A stretch of DNA of 64,000 nucleotides, taken from Lama glama. Taxonomy: Eukaryota. The position numbers and the translations under genes are program-made. The stretch covers positions 22,012,001 through 22,076,000 of the forward strand of contig CM052818.1 in NCBI GenBank assembly GCA_028534125.1, written 5' to 3'. Positions 12,715 through 24,561 of this stretch are shown here, piece by piece (within the stretch, counting starts at the first letter, position 1; every line of letters begins with the position of its first letter). The notes under the pieces are model-generated. The model saw nothing but the letters and a program-made list of their open reading frames with translations, had not been told where the DNA came from and ran no database searches.

Positions 12715-13330
12715 GTAGCTCGTATTAATGTGTACTGAGGGCCGGGACTGCAAGATAATAGGTAATTCAAGGATGAATAGAAATCGTCTTGCCCCCAAGT
12801 TGTTCATTAGTTGGAGACCAGAAGGTAAGACTGCAACTACAAACTAGTCTTGATAATTGTGCATGTATAGAGAAGACACTATCTCTTTCTGCCAAGGTTA
12901 GAGGAAGGAAGGGTCAGGGCAAGATATGTAGAGAAGGTGCTGAGCATTAAAGTATGAGTAAGAATTTGTTCAGAGGGAAGAAGGGCATTCTAGGCAAAGA
13001 CTTTGGGGCTGAGAGAATAGTGCATTTCAGGACCTGATGACGGATTGACATAATGGTAGCCCAGTACCATGAAGTAATGGCAAGGAATAAAGCAAAATGG
13101 TAGCCTGGGGCTCTTCATGAATGAGCTCATTCTGAGTTACGAGGTTTAGACCTTGAGTCATGGCTTTGAGCCACTGAAGATTGACATCATGAAGATAAGA
13201 CTGACTGGATTTTCAAAGAGGGTAGAAAAGGGAGCAGATACGAGTAGATGGGGGACTGGGACAACAGGAAGAGATGATCAGCAGTTTGGGGCATCCTTCG
13301 AGGAGCCTGTGGAACTTCAGGTGAAGATAC
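12715..13330 (-). mobile_element. L2 LINE remnant
   Basis: Purine-rich + strand with L2-like motifs (ggatgaatagaaatcgtcttgcccccaag; agggcattctaggcaaag; gagccactgaag). Confidence 0.55.
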
Positions 13331-14044
13331 TTCACTTAGCCTTTAAGTCTGTTTCCTCTGTTGTGAAACAAGGAATTTAAATATCTACATGAAGGATTAT
13401 CTTAAAAATAAAAACATATAATGTACTTGGAATCTAGTACAGAGGAATTTCTTTTAAGAAGCAGCTGGGGAAGGAGAATTTCTAAGAGATTGAGTAGCAT
13501 CACTAGGAGACTGGGAGGGAACGATCAACAGCACATCTCAAAACTTGGTCAAAGGGGACCAAAAAGTGATGGTTGAATTTTGAGTTGAAATTGCTGATAA
13601 TAGTGAGAGTACTTTCTGTGGAAGTTTGGGACCAGAAGTCATATTGCAGGGATGAATATGTAATGAGTAAGTGTTGACTATTGTTTACACAAGCTTGGTT
13701 TGAAAAGATTCTGCATAGGGTTGGTTTGTTTTTTTCTGGACCTGTGCCATCCATCATGAAATTTCATGTTCAAGACAGTGCTTTAGTCATTTTCAGTTGT
13801 TTTAGCTATATGTACAATTTTGAAAGTTTACCTCTATGCCTTCCCTAGGTACTTCAGGCCAAGTTTGAGGGCAATTTACTATCTTAGGAATATTTTTTAT
13901 CCTACATTAAGTTGATATTTGATGAAAAACATGATTAAAGTAGCTTTTCTTTAAAAGAAAGTTCAGTTTTATTTATGTTGAAAGTTTGAGTAGAGATGTA
14001 AAATCTAATTAAACCAAAGATGGTATGTGCATATGTGTTTTGTT

Positions 14045-16650
14045 TTTTTTTTAATGGAGCTTTCAATCTTTCACAAAAGTAGAACTCCCAAGTACCCACC
14101 ACCCAGCTTCAACAATTAAGGTTTTGGCAATCTTGTTTCATCTGTTTCTTCTCCACCCCCAATTACCCCCTTTTCCCCCTGGACTGTTTAAAATTACAGA
14201 CCTCTTGTCATTCTATCTATAAATACTTTAGTACACGTCTCAGAACTTATTTTAAATAAGACAACATAACCACTGTAATATTATCGCATCTGACAAAATT
14301 AACAATAATTGAGGAGAGGAATTCACCAAATTCCCAAAGGGGCCCATGGTGCAGAAAAGCTAATCTTGCCATTTAACATTGTGCACTTTTGGGCATTGGC
14401 TTCTCACTTGCAAACTCTGATTTCCTTACTCCCCTCGGCCCCCTCCCCCAGTCCTTAGATGTGGTAGGCATCTAGCTACAGGTTTAGATTACTTGGAATT
14501 AAAGCTGTTACTGGCCTAACCAAAAAGATGTCTGACTTTTTATCACTATAGATTTTTACTCATTCTTCACTGAGGAGCATTTTATCCTCATTTTGAGGGC
14601 TCACTCCACATTCACTTCCTATTTGGCAAAAAAAAAAAGAACTTTTTGCATATGGAAATACCAAGTAGTCAGAGGAGGCTACTCTGTAATCTGTGGATGG
14701 ATGAGATGAAAATTTCCTGTAATAGGTGAGAGATTGTTTTCTGATGCAGCCTAGAGGTGCAATTTTTAAGTCAGTTTATCATTTCTTCTGCTAACTGCTC
14801 AAAGAATTTTTCCCAAATCAAAATAAGCGCTATGCTAAACACAGGGCTTTATAAACATTTTCCCACTTAACAGATAAGATTTCATCGTTTTCAAAACTTT
14901 TTCTTAACATGCTTTAGTAGGAGGGATGCTTTTATCATAAGGCAGAAGATTACAGAGGGGCATGGAGCATGCTTTTATTTTTTGTTTTAAAATAATTAGA
15001 GCGTTCCAGGAAGTTACAAAGATAGGACAAAAAGGGCCTATATACTCTTCACCCATTTCCTGCCAGTGGTTACATCTTATGTAACTATAGTGCGTCATCA
15101 AAGCCAGGAATTTTACATTGGTACAACATGTGTGTATAGATCTGACATTTTATCACATGTATAGGTTTGTGTAACTATCACTACAATGAAGATACAGAAC
15201 TATTCCATCATCACAAGTTACCCACCACTGCCTCTTTATCTCCCCTCTGTCTTCCCTCCACTGTCCCTAATCCATGGCAACCACTAATTTGTTCTCAATT
15301 TTTATGATTTTAGATGTAGAGTTTGTATAAATGGACTCAGAGTATATCGTATTTTGAGATTGGCCTTTTTTCACTCAGTGTAGTGCCCCTGAAATCCATC
15401 CAACTTGTCTTGTGTGTCAGTAGTTCATTCTGAATGTGTTTTTAAAGTAAAAATAAGTGCCTTGTTAACTCACTGTACCGAAGCAATCCACCCAAACTCA
15501 AGTTTAAAGAAGTCTGAATTTTTGTGGGTATAGGTTTAAAAAAGCCTGTAAGTTTTGTACACACTTTACAATGTAAATACAATATACACAACTACAATAA
15601 ATGTCTTATATAAATTATACTTGCATTGTAAGATTATCATTAAAACACATAACCAGTCATCTTAAAGTAGCTTCTGTGTTTGAATTAAATATACACAGCT
15701 TATAGACATATGTTTACAAAGCTTAGAAATAGTATAAGACCAGTGTTCATTGGCTACTCAGTTTTGTAAATGGTTTTTCATTTAAACAGGCAAATCTGAA
15801 TGAGCTGTTCTTTTTGCTTTCTTTGAAGTATTTTCAAATTTCCAGAAAATTATGAGTAGTAGAGAGAACTCTTATATACCCCATTTATTAACTTTTTGTA
15901 GTTTGCCACCTTATCGTTATACATTGTCTCCATCTATTTAAACACGCATGTATACATATATATATAAATTTTAATTGTTCGGAACTATTTGGGCTGAGGT
16001 TGCATATGTCATAACCTTTGTCTGTGTGTAGTTCCACAGAACAAGGATATTCCCTTATACAACCACAGCACAGCTGACAAATTGAAGAAATTTAACACTG
16101 GGAATATTTTAATCTAATGTTGTTCATGTACCAGTTTTATCAATTATTTTCTCTCTCTCCTTTTTTTTTTTTTGTATTTTCTCCCTCCTGTACAGAATCC
16201 ATTTCAGGAATGGATGTTAGTTGTCTTTTCTCTTTAATTTTCTCTAATCTGGAATAGTTTTTCAGCCTTCGTCTGATAACATTGATAGTCTTGGAGAATA
16301 TGGGCCAGTTATTTTACAGAATGTTCCTCTTGGTGGTTCCCCATACTTACTTAGCTTCATGTTACACCCCTGGCTGGAATACCACAGGAGTGATGTTCTG
16401 TCATTCTTAGGGAATCAAATCTAAAAACAGTGTCCATCAGCATCTCATTAGTGATAAAAGTTTTGATCACTCAAGTGGAGACATTGGTTCCATTTCCCCA
16501 TTATGTGGTTACTGTCTTTAATATTGCAAGTAGTAAGCAGTCTTGGGCAGACACTTTGAGACCATGCAAACACCCTGCTCCATCAAACTGGGACCCCAGG
16601 ATTTAGGGATGTTTCTTAATGATTCTTGCCCAAATTGATCTTTATTTTGA
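14045..16650 (-). mobile_element. Cluster of old LINE-1 3' fragments (L1MB/L1MC-like) at about 14045-14310, 14975-15430 and 15820-16650
   Basis: cccaccacccagcttcaacaatt; ccctaatccatggcaaccactaatttgttctc; agaacaaggatattcccttatacaaccacagcaca. Confidence 0.6.
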
Positions 16651-16850
16651 GGGTTCAAAGTAACCGAGAGTCAATGCTTCTGAATTACCTTGCCCTGAAA
16701 ATTCACCTTGATTTTGGAAACATTTATGTACTTATTTTTTAAAGCTTCGATCTGTATGCGTTGTATATAGTAATTGCTAGTGCGTTTTAACTTAGAAGTG
16801 TTTTTTGCAAACCTCTGGGTTTATTTTTAATCCTTTGCTGCCCCCTGCAG

Positions 16851-16878
16851 GTGTACGAGTATAAGTCTTTGGAGCAAG
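16851..16878 (+). CDS. LRPPRC: LRPPRC micro-exon ~15 (28 nt): CTSISLWSK
   Basis: ccccctgcag| acceptor, AAG|gtgagt donor; restores phase between exons 14 and 16; LWS matches recalled human MNINLWSE. Confidence 0.88.
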
Positions 16879-18628
16879 GTGAGTACTCTCAATATTGAAA
16901 ATCATAAGGTGATATATAGAAAAAGCAAAAGTTGTAATAGCTTCATACATTAATGATGTGTCATTATAAGTTAATGAATATAGAATCTTGAAGTTGGTAG
17001 TTTTGAAAATGCCTTCCTGGGGCATGAAATTTATTATTGCAGTGAACCTTGACTTAGTCCTAAATTGTTCGTAAGATTTCCTACTTTTCCAAAAAACAGC
17101 TGTTAACATTATTGCAGTGGCATTTGACCATACAGATTTAATAGTTATTTTAAAAAATATATGCATGTACATATATGTTTGTGTAAGTGTATCTATATAT
17201 GAATGATAGATCACTTTTAAATGGCTGTCTTTTTTAAGAAGTTAACTGCTTTCATGCAGGAAGTACAATTATCCTTATGCTGAATTACAAGAATATTTGT
17301 AGCTTAATAAAATCAGAATGTGTATTATTGATTAGAATTACCAAGTTAAGTATTTTTTTAAATCTTATTTTCATTCAGTTCTGTTTTTAGTATTATATTG
17401 CCTTTCAAACTAAATAGTCAGTTGTAATATATGGTTGAGACATTTATATTTAGAAATAATTTTTTGACTAGAAAGATTTTCATTGGTTTTTTAAATGTGT
17501 TTTTGTACAAAATTTGGTATTAAATGTGGCTGTCCTATGTCTAATGTATGGCTACAGCTTCTGGTAGAATTTATTGTCTGTCTTATATACATGTCTGTGT
17601 TGGTTAAAAAACAATTTGTAGGTGAAGATTGTATTGTTTTGTTTTTCTTTACTTTTGAACAGTTTCTGTCTTAACTATCCTTTGAGTTGCTATTAACCGC
17701 AGCATTAATTCATGGTGGAGTGAAGTGGGATATGGTCACTTTTGCCTAATTTTCCATATTAGAAAATAAATAGTTGAAGAAGTAACTGTCGTTTGAGTTG
17801 CTAACAGTTATAATATGTGGCAGGCACTATTTAAAGAACAAATAAGTTCAGTTGTAGAATATACATAAAAGTAATTCAGAATTCCTAACTCGTATCACTT
17901 CAGATAACTGTTTCTTACTATCTTCAGCCTGTGGATATATAGTCAAATACTGTTTTCAAGTTACATGTCAGTACTGTAGGTTTTGTAATCATTTTCGTCA
18001 TAAAATAACATATTTGGATTTTTTAATTGAAATTTTGTGGGCAGAATTAATGTCGAAGAGTAAGTCTTTTAGGGTTTGTGTATTCAATTGATAAGAATCC
18101 ATGAGAACAAACATGTTAGAAGTTTTGACCCCCGTTTTGTTTTAGTGCCTTTAAGATGACTGGAAAACTGTTGAAAAACTGTCAACAATGACAACAAACT
18201 TATATTTTGCTTTATTATTTCTGTAAAACTGCATTTAAAAGGAAGAAACTGGCCCAGTTTCAAACAGACCAAAAACAATACAATGACAAATAACTTTGGT
18301 TGATAATTCCTGTAAGCTATTTCCTATTATAACAATTTATTTAGAACAATATATTAACAAGTCAGTCTGGAGGCTTTCTTAGTGACATTTCATGAAACAT
18401 TGCAGTTTTCCTTCAACATAGGTTTGTTTTATTTTTGTTTTTAAAAGACAAACCTATTATTTAAAAACGAAACAATCTCCTTGGCAGGTGGGGGTGGTGT
18501 TGAATTACTGTGATATAGAGTAATACCTTACTGGGCAGAGGCTTTATTATTTCAAGAATTCAATTTCAGATTGTATTTGTTCTTGTTTGCTTCTCTTACT
18601 GCAATGTGCGCATTTTCTGTCTTACCAG

Positions 18629-18686
18629 ATAACAGAACTGTTGTACAAGGATGGACGTTATTGCCAGGAGCCTCCAGGACCAACGG
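18629..18686 (+). CDS. LRPPRC: LRPPRC exon ~16 (58 nt): [19 protein letters not shown]
   Basis: ttaccag| acceptor, CGG|gtagcg donor; near-identical to recalled human peptide. Confidence 0.95.
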
Positions 18687-19691
18687 GTAGCGTTTCAATT
18701 TCGATGATTGTAACTTATCCACAAATCCATTCTTCTGTGTAATGATGGGCTAGAAGGATTACAGCAGTAAATGCTTTCTTTTTGAAAGTGAAATTTGAAA
18801 ACATTTGATTATAAATCTTTATATTGCTAACCACAGCATCTTGAGATATACGAGTTGTTTGGTTTTATCATAATTATTTTTTTTAAAGACAGAGTTGGGG
18901 GCAGTTTCTTTTTAGATATTGAAGAAATGCTTCTTATAGCACCTATCAAAATAAGCTTAACAGTCAGTAATCCTTAGTGTTTGTGTGATTTTAGTGTTTT
19001 TGCAGGTGTAATTTAAACATACAAAGCAATAAAGAGGTCTTTCCACTTAAATATAATCTATTACCCAAAGTACATTATTTTGACATTTAGTAATTTTTGT
19101 TTTCATATAATAAAGCCTAGACTATAGGGTTTTCTGTAAGAAGGTACCCGGTACCCTTCTTAAAAGTTCAAATTTTTCTGTCCTAGATTAACACATGGCC
19201 CTATATATTTTATGCTTGAATGCATAGGAAAATTACTGTTGTTACAAAGCATCTTTGTTAATCTTGGTTGTTCATTGGCTAATAGGCAGCTCTCCACAGG
19301 ATTACTGTATCTGCTTATTAAAATTATTTAACTTTCTATACTCAACATTTAACAATACTCTAATTTTATGTGTTTCCCTAAATATTGCCCACCAAAAAAT
19401 TAGTATAGAAATGTACACAAGGCATTTATTCTCACTCTTTGTGATTTGGACAGGAAAGGGGTAAGGCCTTGGGCAGGACCACTTCTGTCACAGAGTGGTG
19501 GAAAAAAATAGATTGAAGTAAGATTCTGTACTGAAAAGCTGTCACTCGGTCTGAAAATAATTAATATTCCTTTCACTCACCAGTTAGATATGTGCTCCCA
19601 AACCACATAATCTCTATGCCTCAGTGATCATTGTTGCCATTTCAGAGCCTCTCATCAGGGTGACATCTCACACCAAAATGATTTCTTATAA

Positions 19692-19904
<213 letters not shown>

Positions 19905-20005
19905 TGACATGTATCTATTAGATTTGAAATTGCTGCTTTTAAGTACAACCAGACCACTTCTCAATGACATACACGAGTTGGAGTCTTAAATTATGTCTGA
20001 GATAA

Positions 20006-20185
<180 letters not shown>

Positions 20186-20498
20186 TAATCAACTTTTTAA
20201 AATGCTTAATTTTAAAATTTTATTTAAACATGATGCTTTTGGCCAAAAGTTTATTTAAATGACAACCTGTAAAAACAAGGCTTTTCATTGATTGTTGGTA
20301 AATGCTGTTTATATATTGAAGGATATGTTTTAAATATTTATTACAGTGGTTAATAAAGTATAAACAGCATTTCTGGAAAATTTTGGAAAGGTGGGAAAAT
20401 AGCAGTAAAAATGAGATGAGACTTTCAAAATTTGCTTTGTACATTTGCTAATATATTTTCCACGTGTTTTCTAATTCGGATTTAAATCCTAATTTTAG

Positions 20499-20543
20499 GA
20501 TGTTAATATGTTGGTTGAAAGAGAGAAGACAGACTCTCAAAAA
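20499..20543 (+). CDS. LRPPRC: LRPPRC exon ~19 (45 nt): DVNMLVEREKTDSQK
   Basis: ttttag| acceptor, AAA|gtaagt donor; same length and phase as recalled human DAHLLVESKNLDFQK. Confidence 0.88.
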
Positions 20544-20886
20544 GTAAGTAGGCTTTTTGAGTAGATTTTACATGTTATAATAAGTGCATTTAATGTGAAT
20601 TCTTATAGACTTATGTTCTTATGAAACCTAGCATTTTTGTCATCAGTATACCTCCAAGAAGTTGGTGAAAGCCATTTCCCACCTCAGAAAAATCAACATA
20701 TCTAAGAAATTTGCATTTAATCTAGGAGCTTTATAAACCCCTGGAGTCCATCCACAGATACGAAGATTAATATCTTTGATAGCATTTATGACATTTAGGA
20801 AAGGTCAGTTTAAAGACAAGAGAGACAAAGAGTGCATTAGATTTGTAGTAAATTTCTTTCCTTCTTTTTTCTTCCCATTTCTGTAG

Positions 20887-21000
20887 ACTACACAGTTTAC
20901 ATCATCTCATTTGGAGTCTAAACTTGAACAACTAAAAGCCAAAAATCAACCTATAGGAGATGTCCTAAAGCAACTCATATTAATGCTTTGTTCAGAAGAG
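20887..21000 (+). CDS. LRPPRC: LRPPRC exon ~20 (114 nt): [38 protein letters not shown]
   Basis: ctgtag| acceptor after a long pyrimidine tract, GAG|gtaacc donor. Confidence 0.95.
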
Positions 21001-22003
21001 GTAACCTTTGTTTAAATATTTCAAATATGCTATTAAGGTAAAAAATTCTTTATAGGTAAAAGTAAGCAAAGTTAAATATAATATTTATGATTTTTACAGT
21101 TGATTATTATACATCATGTCTGTGAAGAATGCAATTAAATGAAAGGTTAACTAATTTTAGCTACACCTTGAATGGCATGTTTTCGGGTTGCTGTAGTTTG
21201 TTTATGATAATCTGCAAAGTGAATGATAGTAACAGCCGTGATAGGTTTATCATACATGCCAAATGTCCTTTCAAGCCATGGCTCCGGTCTCTTATATCTA
21301 GATTGTCAAGCAACTGATACATGCAGTAGTCATTTGCAAGTCAAATATTACTAGGTTGTTAATGCAGGGATTGAAATTCCATTTTCCTGCTGGAAAAAAG
21401 CTCTTTCTGAGATAAAGGGTCTCTTGCCTTTTTTCAGCAGGCGTCCAGCTGTACTTTGTGTTCATTTTAGTGTGTGTCTGCAATTTGTGGTGTAGCACCA
21501 GTTTCTAGTTCAGTATCATTTGGTTGTATGCCTGTGTTTTTAGGGGGGAAAAAATACAACTGATTTTAAGGTTATAATATGGTACTGTTAAATTCTAAAA
21601 TATTTCTTCACATTACTTGAATATTAAATTAGACTGTGAGGAACTTTGCAATGATATATTTTTCTGAGCATGAAAACTGGAATGTGAGTGAGGGCTGACT
21701 TGGTACATATTTAATCTGGAAGTCTTTTTTATAATATGGTACCCAAATCTAAAACATCAAATTTGGCATAGTGGCGTGTTTTGCCTTACAGATAACAGAT
21801 CTTTTAAACCCTACATATATGGCTTTCCTGCTTTTTAAAAGGCAAATAAAAATACCAGAAAGCAAGGTGGAGTTAATAACATGAATCCATTTATTTTAAA
21901 AGTACTATTAACTTTTTTTTACACCCCAAACATTGAAACTAGACATTTTACATTTTTACTTTTATATTCATATCTTACTATTCACCTCTATCCTTTATTT
22001 TAG

Positions 22004-22134
22004 AACATGCAAAAAGCTCTTGAATTGAAAGCAAAATATGAATCGGACATGGTTGTCGGTGGCTATGCATCTTTAATAAATTTGTGCTGTCGACATGATA
22101 ATGCAGAAGATGCACTGAACCTGAAACGAGAATT
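22004..22134 (+). CDS. LRPPRC: LRPPRC exon ~21 (131 nt): [43 protein letters not shown](F)
   Basis: ttttag| acceptor, |gtgagt donor; PPR motif. Confidence 0.96.
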
Positions 22135-22852
22135 GTGAGTACCGGCTCTGAAACAAATCATCAGCATTTATGCTGGTACACAGTCCTTGATGGATCATGT
22201 AGATTGAATCCTACTTCCATATAACGTAGCTTTTAAAAATTCTTTTTTTGTCAGCATTTTTGAAATTTCATACGGTAAGACTGATTAATTATGGCTTGTT
22301 TTCAGCAAGGAGTCTTTGTTTAAGAATGATAGGGCATTCTGTTCCTTAAAGCCAAGATTTTTTCCCAACAGTTACACAACTCCATATTAGAACAGTGGTG
22401 ATGGTAACTGTTTTATAAGGCTTGTTAAACAGTCCCCTGTCTATATGTGGTGTAAGCAAAATTCTGTCCATTTCTCAAGTATCTTTGGTTTCCTATCCTG
22501 ATAGATTTACCAAATAAAAATATGTCTTTTTGGGTATTTTGGTATTCATTACAAAGTTCGAATCACCTTAAATGCGATGAAGCAAGAGAGTTCCTTCATA
22601 AGTATCACTTACAGATCGAAAGATGCAATATATATGTGATGTTATACTTTTACTTCTTTTGTCGCTTTGAATATAATTACATACGAATTTGTATATGGCT
22701 TCAAAAATAAACCTCAACTGAAATGTAGAGGCCAATGATAATAGCAACCCAGGTTGTCTGTTGAGTTTTTGAAAAGTGATCAAGTGGATATTGCAGTCCT
22801 TTTCACAGTTAACCAATTTCTAACGTAATACAAATGTGGCTTTAATTTTTAG

Positions 22853-22938
22853 TGACCGTTTAGATTCGTCTGCCGTCCTTGACACCGGCAAGTATGTAGC
22901 ACTTGTAAGAGTATTGGGAAAACATGGCAAGCTCCAAG
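22853..22938 (+). CDS. LRPPRC: LRPPRC exon ~22 (86 nt): [28 protein letters not shown]
   Basis: tttttag| acceptor, AAG|gtaagc donor. Confidence 0.96.
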
Positions 22939-24353
22939 GTAAGCATCAGCACATAGAGGAAATAGGTGATGCAAGTATCTTGCCACTGCAATAACATGTG
23001 AATTGATATTAATGGTATATCATGTCCTTCAAAGTGCTTGAACACTTTGCATACAAATTTGCATGTGAATCCAACCAGAGCTGCATGGACAGTGTAGGCC
23101 ATTAGTTTTAATGGATTGGCAAGCTTGTCATTTACATTTGCACAGCTCAGTGCTTTTTGCATTTCTGCAGCTAGTTTTTATTAGCACTGCTGTTTGGACT
23201 GAGTTTGAAGATCATGACTTATGGCACAATTTGCTTATATGCCTGCACTAATGGCTTTGTTTTTGCTTAAGAATGTCAGAAGGCTGAACATAAAACCTAT
23301 AAACATAACCTTTATTTCAGAATATGAATTTTGCAGGAGTCTTTGTCTTAACTTTTAATAACATTAGCAAAATGTATACTCTAATAAGTTTTTACTTAGA
23401 AAAGTTTGCAGGGAGAGCCTAGCTGACGTATAGTTGATATGCATACTCCAGTTTTCTCATTGTTGAGATAATGCTAAGCCTAACATAATTAATTACACTT
23501 GGTAATATATTCTTACTATTTGATCATTTCTTCAGTTTCTCATTGAGCTTTATATTTGAAACTGTTTTTCTTTAGCTTTCCTCTCTTTGTGCCTAGAGAA
23601 GATTAAAAAAATTTATAGTGAAAAGTATATGGAGAAAATACTTGATTTGAACATTGAATTTTTTCCTCGGAAGCCTTGCTAACACAGAAAACTCTTTATA
23701 AAGATTAGCCTGCTTTTTAAAAATCACTTTCTGTAAAGCGGTCAAAACATTTTGTCTGTGCAATAATTAAGAACAACATTATAAAAATGCACTTATTCCA
23801 TACCCTAAAATGTTTGTTTCTGCCTTCCTAATGAAGCTTAATGAATCTAATGTATTAACATGCAGTCTTTTGGAAAGCTTTCATTGGCTCTGCTTGGCTA
23901 ATTAGTATCGACATAGCAAACAGGCCCTATCGGTATCAGACCATTAGTCTGGCTGTATATACAGTGTAAACACATCTTTATTATCTGGCCTCCTGACAAG
24001 CCATCTGCTGAAGAAACAATGGTGTGATTTAGCAGATGTTAGCTCTGAACGATAAAAGCATCCATTTAGGAGGATCTTGCAGCTATAGGGCAGACCATAC
24101 AGGGTTATGCGGTGCAGAGTGGGCACACAGTCCCTATCTATAATTTGTAGTCAAAGTTGCAGGGAAATGATAAAACCATGCTATTGTGGATTTATAATTG
24201 TAGTCTCGTTTAGAAATGCAAGTAGTAATTAACTTGAAATCGGCTTTATACACTAGAATTTACATTCCTGCTGGGCTTGAAATGCTGTTTTAATAGCAGT
24301 TTGTTTTCCCTACATGAAATTACCTAAGGGTCTTTTGTGCTACTTCATTGTAG

Positions 24354-24561
24354 ATGCTATTAACATTCTAAACGAGATGAAAGAGAAGGATGTTCTTATC
24401 AAAGATGCAACAGTCTTGTCCTTTTTCCACATCCTAAATGGCGCAGCTTTAAGAGGTGAAACTGAAACAGTAAAACAGTTGCATGAAGCCATCGTGACTC
24501 TAGGGTTAGCGAAACCGACCACCACCTTAACTTCCCCATTGGTCACCCTGTATCTGGAAAA
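24354..24561 (+). CDS. LRPPRC: LRPPRC exon ~23 (208 nt): [69 protein letters not shown](K)
   Basis: ttgtag| acceptor, |gtaagt donor; lies inside ORF 24314..24565. Confidence 0.97.

Noticed and set aside
16792..17214. 140-aa antisense ORF and other short ORFs (e.g. 24340-24546, 25701-26015, 45988-46368)
   Set aside because: No recognisable homology; compositions are typical of AT-rich intron DNA or of the antisense strand of exons
19143..19156. Tandem GGTACCC x2 and similar micro-duplications (about 42462-42486 and 52472-52490)
   Set aside because: Short slippage duplications are common, and nothing indicates function
24314..24353. In-frame intronic start codons upstream of exons 17, 23, 24, 29 and 32 as alternative starts
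   Set aside because: The extensions translate polypyrimidine tracts, with no promoter evidence, and are expected by chance
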